Positions 40,503-54,459 of a stretch of 64,000 bases of DNA are shown here, one piece after another. The position numbers and the translations under genes are program-made. The stretch's first letter is position 1; each line of letters opens with the position of its first letter. Origin of the DNA: Octopus vulgaris (lineage: Eukaryota); contig OX597818.1 in NCBI GenBank assembly GCA_951406725.2, positions 111,538,001-111,602,000 on the forward strand, read 5' to 3'. The notes below the pieces were generated by a model. That model ran no database searches. It was not told the origin of the DNA and saw nothing but the letters and a program-made list of their open reading frames with translations.

Positions 40503-42354
40503 AGAATTTACGCAAAAAATGAGAAACAGCATCTTAAATGATGTAAGTATAGAATTTCAGATCGAAAAATGCGCCATGTTGTAAATGAAATGATGAAGAA
40601 TTTGAAGGAAGCCAAATGGCAAACAATAAGAGCGGTTGAGAAAGGACAGCCATATAAGTAGTTGGGAATACTAGAAGCAGACGTGGTAAATAATGAAGAA
40701 ACGAAACTGATTACTAGAGGGGAGTACAAAAGGAGGGTAAGAATATTATTGCAGTCAAAGATGAATGAACTCCAAAAATCGTATTGAAGCAATAAATTCA
40801 AGAGCAGTAGTCTTCATCAGATATGGAGTTGGAATTATAGACTGGACCAGAAAGGATATAAAGAAACTTGACAGGGAAACTAGGAAGTTGCTGGCGATGT
40901 ATGGCGCCCACCATACGAAAGCTAATATCAAATGGCTGTACTTGAGGAGAGATCAGGGTGGAAGACGCTTAATAGCTGTAACAGAATGTGTACAGATAGA
41001 AAGAAAAAAAAAACTAGAAGAGTTTTTACAGAGCAACACAGAAAAAAACTACTGAAGACAGTTAATAAAGAAGAGGTTATGAAGCACTTAATAGAAGAAA
41101 AGGATCAGAATGAAATACAAAGAGAGCGCGCCAGAGAAATCGAAGGGAAACCTCTGAATGACCAGTTTTGGAAAGCCACTGTAAAAGTATGTGAAACAGA
41201 ATCTTGGGCTTGGTTACATAGAGAGCTATTAAAAAAAACAGAAGAAAAAAAAAGATGAGAGCATAATTGTGGCAGTCCAGGATCAAATAATAAAAATAAT
41301 CAACTTGACGGTAAATGTATATACTCTTTTACTCCTTTACTTGTTTCAGTCATTTGACTGCGGCCATGCTGGAGCACCGCCTTTAGTCGAGCAACTCGAC
41401 CCCGGGACTTATTCTTTGTAAGCCCAGTACTTATTCTATCGGTCTCTTTTGCCGAACCGCTAAGTGACGGGGACATAAATACACCAGCATCGGTTGTCAA
41501 GCAATGCTAGGGGTCAAACACAGAGACAAACACAGACTCACAAACACACACACATATATATATATACATATATACGGTGGCCTTCTTTCAGTTTCCGTCT
41601 AACAAATCCACTCACAAGGCTTTGGTCGGCCCGAAGCTATAGTAGAAGACACTGAACCCGGAACCATGTGGTTGGTAAGCAAGCTACTTACCACACAGCC
41701 ACTCCTGCGCCTATATGGGGAGAATATGTAAAAAATGTAGAATCTCTGGAATTTGGAGGAGACACAAGGCAGATATTGTGGCAGAATATACCAAGTTGGC
41801 CCTGGAAGAATATAAGAAATGGTAGCACAAGAAACTGTGTCAGAAATGGGGATTTGAAGCTGGAGATACATGTTATGAATATCAGTTCGAAAGAGTGCAG
41901 GAGTCGGAGAATTATAAGATTCTGTGGGACTTTCCTATTCAAACGGAGAAGAAACTAGAAATTAATAGGCCAGACAACACAAAGATAAACAAGAAAAAAG
42001 CGAAGTTGTCTACTAATTTATCCATAATGTCCGTCCGATTCCAGGAATTTAAAGAATGAAGACGAAAAACAAAAAAAACAAAAATGAATCCCTTAAAATT
42101 TGAAAATGCAAGAATTTAGAATATGAAAATTAGGAACTGTAAGCAAAGATATCGACAAGAAATGAAATGTCCTGTCGAGATTCTTCAGAAATATTACCTT
42201 TTAGGGACCAGAAAGATTATCAGGTGGGGTTTAAACAGTTGAAAGACTATTAACAGATTGTAGATACCTGAGTTTGTAGGTAGCAACACGCTACCCACAT
42301 GAATTCTATTAGGAATAGGATCAAACCTGCGTCAAATCAATGATGATGATGATG

Positions 42355-42417
<63 letters not shown>
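40503..42417 (+). mobile_element. Old 5'-truncated R4/Dong-clade LINE (RT end, RLE) with (TAA)n tail, interrupted by a SINE
   Basis: YK*LGILEAD, NSKNRIEAIN...IIDWT...LDRETRKLL...LYLRRDQGG, AVQDQ, KILWDFPIQT..LEINRPD; 3'UTR homologous to 210-290; (TAA)n at 42355-42417. Confidence 0.9.
41322..41713 (-). mobile_element. SINE family B nested inside the Dong LINE
   Basis: Full consensus match; LINE protein motifs continue on both sides. Confidence 0.92.
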
Positions 42418-42420
<3 letters not shown>

Positions 42421-43545
42421 TAACCACCATAGGACTGCAAAAATATCTACTTCAGAAGGAAGGAAAACTGATCCAGATAGCAGCAAAACACGAAAAAACA
42501 AAAAAACTGTTCTCAGTATTTAAGGAAGCTGACAAATACAAACAAGAAATCATACCACCTAATAAACATGAAGAAGAAGAAGAAGATGATGAAGAAACAA
42601 CAAAAGCTATAAAACAAATGAAATCCAAACTAAAAATAGAACAGCAACGAACCATGATAAAACGATGGCAAGAAAAGCTCCTTCATGGTAAATACTGCAC
42701 TAAACTAAACGCAAAAGAAATAGACAAAGAAAAATCCCAGCAATGGTTTAGAAGCTCAGGACTCAAAGCAGAAACAGAGGGATTTTTAATTGCAGCACAA
42801 GACCAAAGCCTCCCCACCAGAAATTACCAAAAACATGTAATGAAAAGAAATATTACAAGTAACTGCAGAATATGTGGAGATGGACAAGAAACAATAAATC
42901 ATATTATCTCTAGCTGCCCAGTCCTGGCTAAGAAGGAATATATTCACAGACATGACAGAGTTGGAACCTACATACATTGGAAGCTATGCCAACATTATGG
43001 AATAACAACAGAAAAAAGATGGTATAGGCACACACCAGAAAAGGTCACAGAAAACGAGAAAGCAACCATACTCTGGGATATGCCGATACACACAGATAGA
43101 GAAATTAAGGCCAACAGACCAGATATAGTTGTCAGAGATCATGAAGAAAAAAATGCTTTCTAATTGATGTATCAATACCGGCAGATGACAACGTGTCTCT
43201 AAAAGAAATGGAGAAACTCTCAAAATACAAAGACCTGGAAATAGAGGTAACTAGAATGTGGAATCTGAAAACAGAAACAATTCCTATCATAGTAGGTGCA
43301 TTAGGCATGATAAAAAAATATTCAGACAAATACATAACAAAAACACCAGGACTTACAAACACATATAACATACAGAAAATTGCACTACTAGGCACTGCAC
43401 ACATCCTACGCAGAACACTTTCCATACAATAACCATCAGAGCATCACAACAAATCACAGCACATACCCAAGGCACACAGAGCTGCGCTCGGTAGTGAAGT
43501 GAAAGCACGCTATAAAAATAAAACTACTGAATAATAATAATAATA
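42418..43545 (+). mobile_element. Young 5'-truncated R4/Dong-clade LINE (CCHC knuckle + PD-(D/E)xK RLE), one frameshift
   Basis: Open from 42420: WQEK.LHG, AAQDQ, CRICG...ETINHIISSC, RHD, ILWD...NRPDIVV; after a frameshift in the A-run near 43150, LIDVSIP...EKLSKYKDL...IVGALG; stop at 43432, 3'UTR and (TAA)n. Confidence 0.95.
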
Positions 43546-43552
43546 AATATAC

Positions 43553-43912
43553 TGATGCAGTACCAGGCAGTGGTTTTCATGGCTTCTCACCTTAACTGAT
43601 TGGAAAAGTTATCATTTACATTGTTTTGTTTTGGTATAAAAGATGGGCTACAGCAAATATTCTACTCAATACCACAGATTTACTTGTCAGTTGTTTGACC
43701 TTAATCAGCTGAGCATGTCTCTTAGTGGCTGACGATATGTGCATTTCTGATCACGAGCAGAAATAGTGGGGGAGCATCATAGCCATGTGCTGAGAGGGAT
43801 TCTTTGGGGTTTGAATAATTCACCTCTGAAAACATGGGTGTTTCGTTCAACATCCTTCGTATATTTTACCTCAGTGTCACTTTGATGGCATGCACTACTC
43901 TCTGACTCAACA
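43553..43912 (+). mobile_element. (TAA)n-flanked non-coding element, probably the 3'UTR of a further Dong-type family
   Basis: Complex sequence sandwiched between (TAA)n tracts and followed by a 250-bp (TAA)n tail; family assignment is inference. Confidence 0.5.
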
Positions 43913-43963
43913 ATAATAATAATAATGATGATAATAATAATGATAATAATGATGATGATGTTG

Positions 43964-44021
<58 letters not shown>

Positions 44022-44029
44022 TGATGATG

Positions 44030-44092
<63 letters not shown>

Positions 44093-44109
44093 GTAATAAT
44101 AACAATAAC

Positions 44110-44159
<50 letters not shown>

Positions 44160-44168
44160 TAATAATAA
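43911..44168. repeat. (TAA/TGA)n microsatellite
   Basis: Direct reading. Confidence 0.95.
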
Positions 44169-44454
44169 TGGCTCTGATTTGCAAATCGAAGACGCACTGG
44201 ACGGAAAGTGCTTTCTAATATATAGTCACGCCTATTTGTTTGAAAAGGAAACACGCCTGGAAGCATCTTTCCTATATTATCGATTTCAGATTCGATAATA
44301 TAGCAACCAGTAATAAACGGTAGTTAATTTCACACATGGCACATCGTTGTTCAACATGTGAGTTTATCACAATGTAAAAAGAAAACAGAAAAAATTGCTC
44401 ATGATATTTCTCAGCCCAGTTTTTTTTAATTGGACTAACCATAGCTATTGACGA

Positions 44455-44992
44455 GATGTGTGTGAGTGTAGTGTGCGTGTGCGTATATTTATGTATATAT
44501 GCATGCATGCATGCATGTATGTATGCATTATTAAATGCATGTATGTATGCATTTATATACGTATATATGTATACATGCATGTATGCACATATGTATATAT
44601 GTATGTATGCACTTATGTATGCATGTATATATGTATGCATGTATGTATGTATATATGTATGCATGTATATACGTATATATGTATGCATGTATGTATGCAT
44701 GTATGTATGCATGCATGTATAATGTATGCATGCATGTATGCATATATGTATATATGCATATATGTACGTATGTATGCATGTATATATACGTATATATATA
44801 TATATGTATGCATGCATGTATGTATATATATGTATGCATGTATGCTCCTATGCATGCATGTATGCATGTATGTATGCATATATATGTATGTATGCATATA
44901 TGCATGTATGTATATGTATGTATGTATGCATATATGTATGTATGTATATGTATGCATGTATATATGTGTGCATACATGTACGTATGTATACA
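44455..44992. repeat. Imperfect (TATG/CATG)n array
   Basis: Direct reading. Confidence 0.92.
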
Positions 44993-45436
44993 GACGTTTA
45001 TGTATAAATGTATCCAAGATTCTTGATATGTAATCGTGGATTCAGTTATTTTTATATTGGGGTGTGGACGGCCATTTTGTTTCATCTATCTGTTTATTAT
45101 TATTTTTTCTTTTGTTAATAAACATGCTCTGTTTAATTGTACCCTTTTCCATTTTCTCTTCCTGGGAATACGGAAACAGAAAATGGAATAGACAGAATAA
45201 GACGAGAGAGGAGGAAGAGACACGGAGAACCGAAAATTGCTGAAGAGGTCACAGAATGTATGATGAAAGAACTTTGCTAATAAATCTAGATGGAAGAGCA
45301 AACAAACAGTACGTGTGTTTAGTGGCAGAAAACAAAAAAGAAAATGACCCTCCCCAATTATAACAATATATATGGGTGCGTGTTCGTACACGTATATAAA
45401 CGTCTATTATATAACTACACATATACATGTGTATAT

Positions 45437-45512
<76 letters not shown>

Positions 45513-45514
<2 letters not shown>

Positions 45515-45710
45515 AAAAAAAGTCAAGATAGAAAATGCTAAAATAATTTTTTAAAAAACATTTCAGTACCGGTTTCGGTCATTGAGACTTTTTTAAACTG
45601 TAAGTATGGAAAACAATTATATATTCATATATATATAATGACCGAAACCGGTACTGAAATGTTTTTTATAAAATTTAGCATTTAGCATTATCTATCTTGA
45701 CTTTTTTTCC
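45513..45710. mobile_element. Inverted-repeat element within (TA)n carrying a hammerhead-like 3' half (PLE-type inverted end)
   Basis: 45513-45583 is the reverse complement of 45637-45710; the arm contains GACC-GAAA-ccggt-a-ctg. Confidence 0.7.
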
Positions 45711-45712
45711 AT

Positions 45713-45744
<32 letters not shown>

Positions 45745-45957
45745 TCATGTGTTTATATAGATATGTATATACATATATGTGCATACACAGACATATGTGT
45801 GTGTATGTGCGTGTCTGTAAGCATGTGATTGTGTATGCACGCGCGTGTATGTTTCTCTATATGTATGTTCAGATACACAACAGAGATACAGAAATCGGTA
45901 ACAGCTCAATCTTATGTAATACATTGGTATTTGAATGCACACACACACACATACACA

Positions 45958-45996
<39 letters not shown>

Positions 45997-46004
45997 CATA
46001 CACA

Positions 46005-46049
<45 letters not shown>

Positions 46050-46309
46050 ATATTGGAGACTATTGAGTTATCTGTTTATTCCTCTTGTGAGTAATTCGAT
46101 ATCTGCAATGACATCTGTTTCTCCAAATATTGATATTGATCTTACCGCCAAGTCCCGATATCTTTTAAGTTGGCATCCTCTCTGAGGAGAGATGACCTGA
46201 GACAGGGACAGCAATATCAACGAGGAGACTCAATCTCAACTTTTTTATGGCATAACCACACTGAACGGTCGATTATCGAGCCGCTATATTTTTGTACCGC
46301 ATAATATGC

Positions 46310-46413
<104 letters not shown>

Positions 46414-46421
46414 GTATATAT

Positions 46422-46805
46422 AGAAGTGGCTGTGTGGTAAGTAGCTTGCTTACGAACCACATAGTTCCGGGTTCAGTCCCATTGCGTGGTACCTTGGGCA
46501 AGTGTCTTCTACTATAGCCTCGGTCCGACCAAGGCCTTGCGAGAGGATTTGGTAGACGGAAACTGAAAGAAGCTCATCGTATATATGTGTATATGTATAT
46601 ATGTTTGTGTGTCTGTGTTTGTCCTCCCAACATCGCTTGACAACCGATGCTGGTGTGTTTACGTTCGGCAAAAGAGACCGATAGAATAAGTACAAGGCTT
46701 ACAAAGAATAAGTCCTGGGGTCGATTTCCTCGACTAAAGGCGGTGCTCCAGCATGGCCACAGTCAAATGACTGAAACAAGTATAAGAGTAAAAGAGAGTA
46801 AAAGC
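46422..46805 (+). mobile_element. SINE family B
   Basis: Consensus match. Confidence 0.9.
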
Positions 46806-46810
46806 GTATA

Positions 46811-46842
<32 letters not shown>

Positions 46843-47255
46843 CAAAAGTATGTGAATGTGTGTGTATGTGGGGGGATGTGTGTGTATAATGTGCATCAGA
46901 CAAGACGTTATGGTTGATTTTATCAAATAAACTTTTAAAGTTACGTTACACAGAATGGCTGTCGTCCAATCGCAGATACCATAAAAACAAATGAAAGGGT
47001 AAGAAAAAACACTGTAAAATATAAGTGACAAATATACATAATGTATAAAGCTTGTGTTATACTTTGAAGCATATTAACTAATATATTCGTGCAAATAAGA
47101 GTTTCTAAATGCACTGGACACCTATAATATCACCAGTTCATACATCTTACCCCATACATATGTGTTTATGTGTGTTCGCTTGTGTGTGTGTGTATACATG
47201 TTGATATTCATTAGCATATGCTCATACATAAGTACAAAAATGTGTTTGTGTATAT

Positions 47256-47301
<46 letters not shown>

Positions 47302-47420
47302 GTATTTATTGGGGCCCTGTGATATGTAACACACTGCCTAAATACCAATCTTGAGAAATTAGGCTTCTCAAAAACATACAAATCTGCACATACATACATA
47401 CATACATACATACATACATA

Positions 47421-47720
47421 CAAAAATACTCTGTAGCTGATGTTGAAATTCCAGTGATGGAATCTTGTATCTAGTTTAGAAACCAGCTCTTTCATTATTG
47501 GCAAGAAATCTTGAAATAAAACTGAATAAGGACATACATACATATTCATATTCACACATGCATACATACATACATACATACAAAAATACCCTGTTGTTGA
47601 TGTTGAAATTCCAATGGAGGAGGCTTGAATCTAATTTAGAAACCGGTTATTTCTCTATTGTCAAGAAATCTTGAAATAAAACTGAATAATGACATACATA
47701 CATACATACATACATACATA
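47421..47720 (+). repeat. Two tandem 160-bp-period units separated by (TACA)n
   Basis: caaaaatac...gatgttgaaattcc...tagaaacc...caagaaatcttgaaataaaactgaataa at 47421 and 47581. Confidence 0.85.
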
Positions 47721-47727
47721 CCAATAT

Positions 47728-48179
47728 TGTGGATGTGAAGTAGTAGACGAGTGTGGTGATCACTGACAAATTATTATATCCTGGATATTAAAGACAATTT
47801 CCGAGCGGAAATGAAAGTTAGTCACTAAGCGCATGCGCAACAACTCTATGACTCGCCCATAAAGCTGAGAGGTATAGAAACAAGCAAGAACAAAACTCGG
47901 CTTCGCAATGAGACGGGTGTTATTTCGGAATTTCCTTCTTGGAGACAAGAGGAGCCTCGCTCTCATCTCGCAAACAAGGGGAGCCTAGGACCCGTTGGAA
48001 GGACGTTGACGCCGACGAGTTCATCTACCCTTATAACAGGTTTTGGTTTTTGTCCTGCGGACTGTACAATGGAAACCACATTTCTTATCAAGCAAGTTGG
48101 GTAAGGATGCTGGCAGCCCGATCATGCAACGGGTTGAACGGGTTTACAGATTACCAGTCGCACCAAAAGTAACCTAACA
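47728..48179. mobile_element. Possible solo LTR
   Basis: About 450-bp GC-richer block starting TGT and ending ACA between simple repeats; no clear TSD. Confidence 0.3.
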
Positions 48180-48328
48180 TACATGCATGTATGCATCAAT
48201 CAATCGATCGATCCATCCATCCATCCATCCATTCATCCACCTAAATAAATATATATATGTATGACAACTGTTGAAGGGAATACGCCGTAGGGCAAGTTTC
48301 AATGCAGGTGTGTATATTTGTACGTATG

Positions 48329-48381
<53 letters not shown>

Positions 48382-48725
48382 ATATATACATATACATATA
48401 CATGTGTGTGTATTTGCATATATATGTATGTATCTATATGTATATATGTGTGTGCATAGTGTGCATATATGTATATATGATATATATATATATTCATAAA
48501 TAGATATATATAAATATATATATATATATAATATATATATATATACATATATATATGTATATATATATATTTATGTATGTGTATATATGTATATACATAT
48601 ATACATATGCATAAATATATACACAGATGTATACATGTATATACATACATATATATGTGTGTGTGTATGTGTCAATCTGTCTACGTATGTATGTATGTAT
48701 GTGTGTGTGTGTGTGTACATTCATG
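48180..48725. repeat. Compound TA/TATG microsatellite region
   Basis: Direct reading. Confidence 0.9.
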
Positions 48726-49204
48726 CATATATTAACGCACTCATTGATTTATGTAGATGGATCTGGTTCTGTTGCGGAGAGGTTGTGTGTTAGACACGAA
48801 CGGCAAATCAATATGCAGTAGACACAATATTTGCCGTAGTTGTATTGAATGAATATCATCTGCTTTTATTCGTCATTTCATTCATGTTGTGTGCTTCTAT
48901 CGATTATGCAAAGAAGATTTATGAGGGATTTTACGAGCTCTTTTTTTCTTCCTTGTGTGTGTATGTGTGTGTGTGTGTACGTGTGTGTGTGTGCGTGTGT
49001 GTTTTACTCTATGTAACAACAACAAAAAAAAAATGAATCGATATATTCATTGCATCCGTACTTAATTATATTTCTATTTTTATTCCTTCTGATGGGAACA
49101 GACGATAGTTTTGACGTCATCTTTCGGAATATTTTGGCAGCAGAATAAAAAAAGAGAATATCTATACATATTGATATACATTGTCATACACACACATGCA
49201 CACA

Positions 49205-49237
<33 letters not shown>

Positions 49238-49999
49238 TCTCTCACACAAACACACACACACATACACATACACATACACGCACACATATACACGCACACA
49301 TGTCTCTACGTTTGTATGCATATATATTGATACTCATTGGCATACGCACATACATAAGTACAGAAAAATGTATATATATATATATACATATATGTGTGTG
49401 TGTGTATATATATATATATAAATATCAACATATATATATATACATATGTACATACGTATATCTATATATATATCTACATACATACAAGCGTATATATATG
49501 CGTGTGTGTGTTTGTGTGTGAGTGTGTATATGAATGTATATGTATATATATATATAGGTGCATTCACCTGTACAATGTACCTCTGTGTAATACACAGACG
49601 CATCAATGATTCACCTGAAATCATTTGAAAATGGCTGCGGTGGTTGTAACGTTGTTTTCAATTATCCATCCGTGACACATGTTGATATAATATTAATAAA
49701 GTTTCCACAAGATTAGTCTCAAAGTCAATTATTCAAGAAGAGAGATGACCATCAAATCCAAAATTCCAGTGCTGTTTATTACTGATATTTGCATACACTA
49801 GAGCAGTGGTGCGTATGCGCCTCGGGGAGCCCATATGCGCCTTGGGGGCCCATATGTGCCTCACGGTTCACATGATTATTGGACGACCATATAAGATTTC
49901 GCTGTTAAAATCTCTTCAAGTTCATAAACTTGGACTTGTCCGCAATGAATGGGCAGAATTACTTTACTTTTCCTTATTTATTTATTTATCTATTTATCT

Positions 50000-50146
50000 T
50001 TTTACTCTTTTACTTGTTTCAGGAATTTGACTGCGGCCATGCTGGAGCACCGCCTTTAGTAGAGCTTATTCTTTGTAAGCCTATTGGTCTCTACTGCAGA
50101 AAGTCTAAGTTACGGGGACGTAAACCCACCAGCATCGGTTATCAAG

Positions 50147-50192
<46 letters not shown>

Positions 50193-50358
50193 GTGACAGT
50201 ATTCTTCCAGTTTCCGTCTACCAAATCCACTCACAAGGCTTTGGTCGGCCCGAGGCTATAGTAGAAGACACTTGCCCAGGGTGCCACGCAGTGGGACTGA
50301 ACCCAGAACCATGTGGTTGGTAAGCAAGCTACTTACCACACGGCCACTCCTGCGCCTA
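50000..50358 (-). mobile_element. SINE family B
   Basis: Consensus match ending ccactcctgcgcct. Confidence 0.9.
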
Positions 50359-50628
50359 TTCTTTCATTCATCTACGCTTTTCCACGGGTTCTGGTTTTCT
50401 ATAGATCACAAACACTAAACGTGGCATTCTGCTATTTGCGGCCATGTTGATTGCCAATGCTGAATCATCCTTCAAAGTCGTTTCCACAAAGTAACGATTT
50501 CCTACTGATTGCTATTAATTTCCGATTATGAGTAACTTGTAATTAGATATAAATTCTTCTGAATTTTATAAAATAATGACATGTACGGTGTGGGGGAATC
50601 GCAGCTTCTAATCCAGTCGGGGACCAAT

Positions 50629-50907
<279 letters not shown>

Positions 50908-50914
50908 TTTTGGT

Positions 50915-51325
50915 TCTATTTTACTTGTTTTAGTCATGCTAGGGGACCGCCTCGAAGTATTTCAGTCAAACAAATCGGTTCCTTTTGCTGAACTGTGAGG
51001 TTTACGAGGGCGTAAACACACACGCCCATACACCCCCGGCATACACCCCCGGCATACACCCACACATACATATATATACACACATATATACATAAATGCA
51101 CACACTCACACGCACACATATATATATAGAGGCGGCACTTGACCTAGTGGTTGAGAAATTGCGTTCTTGAGCCAAACACTTCATTTCACGTCGCACCAGT
51201 CCACTCAGCTGGCAAACAGGAGCAACCCTGTAACGGACCGGCGTCCCCTCCTGGTGGGGAAACATATGGACCATTGAAACAAGGAAATCAGCCATTAGGA
51301 GCTTGGCATGGCTCAAGAAGGAAAC

Positions 51326-51362
<37 letters not shown>

Positions 51363-51528
51363 TGGGGGGGATTCTTTCGGTTTTCGTTTACCAAATCCAC
51401 TTCCAGGAATTTGGTCGGCTCGAGGCTACAGGAGAGGACACTTGCCGCAGATGACACACAGTAGGATTGAACCCTGAACTATGTGGTTGGGAAGCAAACT
51501 TCTTACCAGGCAGCCACGACTGCACCTG
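50915..51528 (-). mobile_element. Diverged SINE B with a different SINE (plus, 51129-51328) nested in its internal (TA)n
   Basis: B tail at 50915-51020 and B head at 51370-51528; the insert begins gaggcggcacttgacctagtggtt and shares ccagtccactcagctggcaaa with family C. Confidence 0.75.
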
Positions 51529-51874
51529 AATTGCCTTATAACAGTTGGAGATCAGATCGATTAAAAGCTAATATAGAGAAGAATACTGTAAAATATACTA
51601 TCTAAAAATTGGGCCAATACTCCGGTTAATTATATTCTTAGAAACAACCACTCAACTCGGAAATTTAGACATTTAATCAATAAATGTCTTTTGCAAGTAT
51701 TTATTACAAATCTCGACTGAAAATAATAAAAATTATGCAATGAAATGATAATTATGAAAGCTTACGTCAAGCAAAACATGGAAACGCGATGCCAGACCGG
51801 GCATACATACATACATACATTTGTCTCGGATTTTGTTTTTCGATTTTTTTTTTACGAAGGGAGATCTGATTTCT

Positions 51875-52047
51875 AGAGGTGAGTGTGTGGTAAAAAGCGT
51901 TTATTACAACCACAGGGATCAGACTCATTGCTTGGCATTTTGGATAAGTACCTTTTTTTATAGCCTTTGGTCGACAAAAGCCTTGTGAGGGGGTTCGGTA
52001 GACAGAAACAAAAAGAAGTTTAACGTATGTATATACGTATATATATA

Positions 52048-52137
<90 letters not shown>

Positions 52138-52282
52138 AATCTTTGTGTGTGTGAGTTTTCCCTCCCCACGGTTTGAAAACCAGTGTTGGTGCATTTATGT
52201 CCTCGTAACATGGGCAATTCTCTTCTACTGTGGTGTTCGGCCGACCAAAGGCTTGGGAAACGGAAACTAAAAGAAGACAATC

Positions 52283-52285
<3 letters not shown>
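51875..52285 (+). mobile_element. Diverged SINE B fragments
   Basis: gtgtgtggtaa...tatagcc...gccttgtgag...gtagacagaaac. Confidence 0.7.
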
Positions 52286-52313
<28 letters not shown>

Positions 52314-52341
52314 CATGTATGTATGTCTGTATGTATGTATG

Positions 52342-52830
52342 TCAGGTCACTTTCAGGTGCTACTGGTAACATGTAACCCAGTACTACCTGTTGCATGGTC
52401 GGGTCGTCGGCGACTAAACCGGCAACCTTACCAAGCGAGCTTGGTGAGGAGGGTGTTTATTGGTCACCCTGCGCGATGAAAAACAAAACCCGTCAAAGGG
52501 CGTAGGAACTCTTGAGAGTCAACGGCCATCCAATAAATGTCTTAAAGCTGTATCATGCGCGGGGACATAGAAATAATCAGATTGAACACCCGAACGTGCA
52601 GTTAAACCATTGGGAGTGAAGGACTCCTAGCCTTTGTCAGGGCATCTTTCTAGGAGAAGGCAACTCAGGTAACTGGGATAACTCCGACATAAAACCTGCG
52701 GCTCAGTGGTTACCGATGACGTTGACTTGTTCATCTTTTCGGATTATGGCTGCTTTTGCTTAGTGGGTGGGATTGACTCAGTGCACAGCCTTTCCTCACT
52801 TTAAAAAAAAATCTCCTTGCACAGGCATTG
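52342..52830 (+). mobile_element. GC-richer repeat, possibly an RTE-clade 5'UTR
   Basis: Contains ctaggagaaggcaactc...aaaacc, a motif I associate with RTE 5'UTRs; flanked by (TATG)n. Confidence 0.3.
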
Positions 52831-53584
52831 CACGATAACAACATTGATTAAGCTTCGTGCAATGGCCATACTCGATAACGAGGGGGCAGCCACCATGTAT
52901 GTATGTATGTATGTATGTATGTATGTATGTATGTATGTATGTATGTATGTATGTATGTATGTTCAAGAACGTAAAAAAAGATTCGAAACTACAATCTCGC
53001 AACCGTTAGTACAGACCCCTAACCAGTATACCACGCGCCCTCATATGTATCAATACGTCATAGAATGGATGAATACCTCATTAAAAGACATTACAAATAT
53101 TTTCAAAAAGATTAGAAAATGCTAAGCTGTGTCTATTAAAGTGAACGTCAGCCATAGTATTTTACAGATGGTGCTGTTATCATTCATAAATGTATATACC
53201 TTATCAGAGACAATGCAATTCTTTATTTGGTTGCTATAGTTATATTCGCACGTATATGTTTGTGTGTATATGTGTGTATGCTGTGTGTGTCTGTATGCGT
53301 GTGTATGCATGTGTGACAGTGAACTAATGTGTACGTACATAAAAACTGTCTTCCGCATTCAGCACGCTTTGTGCTGCTCCATGTTCCTCTTAATATTTCT
53401 TCCGCTTATTTCCAGGGAGTCCATCTTGGCAACGAACATCAATGGTTCCGAGTGCAAACGAGGGAGATCTATATAAATCTCTGCCAAATCGGAAATAGAA
53501 TCAACTGCTCTGCAAACGATTGCTTTAGTGCTAGAAAATGTAGCCTACCGCTATATATGCAAAGAATCTGAATATGTATGTATG

Positions 53585-53618
<34 letters not shown>

Positions 53619-53687
53619 TGTATGTATGTATGTATGTATGTATGTATGTAGTATGTATGTAGTATGTATGTATGTATGTATGTATAC

Positions 53688-53759
<72 letters not shown>

Positions 53760-53886
53760 CGTATATCTGGTGTGAACATTAATTTGCTTTCATTTACAAG
53801 AAGCGACGCTTTCCTTTCACCGACGTAAACGCTTGGTTAACTTTCTTGTCTGTCGAAAATCCCTTCACATTGCTTTTGGTTCATAA

Positions 53887-54290
53887 CGGGAGGCTCTCAA
53901 CTAGGCTGCAGTTGACCTTTGGGTGGTGGGGGTCAGTATAAGATTTTGTTAAAATTGATTTGCAATATACTGGTTTTAATACACAAAATATTTATTTCAG
54001 CGTTTATTTAATACAATACCTATTTCTTTACTACCCACAAGGGGCTAAACACAGAAAGGACAAACAAGGACAGACAAACGGATTAAGTCGATTATATCGA
54101 CCCCAGTGCGTAACTGGTACTTATTTAATCGACCCCGGCGGAATTTGAACTTAGAACGTAGCGGCAATTCCTAATACTATTTAATACTATAATACCTTAG
54201 GACAGTGAATGACTATGAGGGTCCCAGCCTCGTGCAAAATAATAACCAAAGGGATCTATTGGTAAAAACAAAAAGGGTTGGGAACCGCTG
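53887..54290. mobile_element. hAT-like MITE interrupted by SINE A (minus, about 54015-54165)
   Basis: Right end ggttgggaaccgctg and degenerate left end cgggaggctctcaact; the TSD is poor. Confidence 0.5.
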
Positions 54291-54459
54291 GCATATAAAA
54301 AAAAAGGGTCATTCACTTTATTGTCTACATAACCAAGTAGGTAGATTAGACGAGGAAGCGTCTACGTAGCCGTTCGATCGGCTAAAACTAACAACCACAT
54401 CTCCCTCAAATCATAATACATGATGTATTAGTAGGCACCTGTTTTGAATTTTTGAGATC

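Noticed and set aside
42618-43432. ORFs as a host nuclease or zinc-finger gene
   Set aside because: Motifs, 5' truncation, frameshift and (TAA)n tail identify them as an R4/Dong retrotransposon.
44990-45412. Possible diverged inverted repeat (agacgtttat...ttgggg...catttt)
   Set aside because: Similarity is patchy and in low-complexity context; not supportable by eye.
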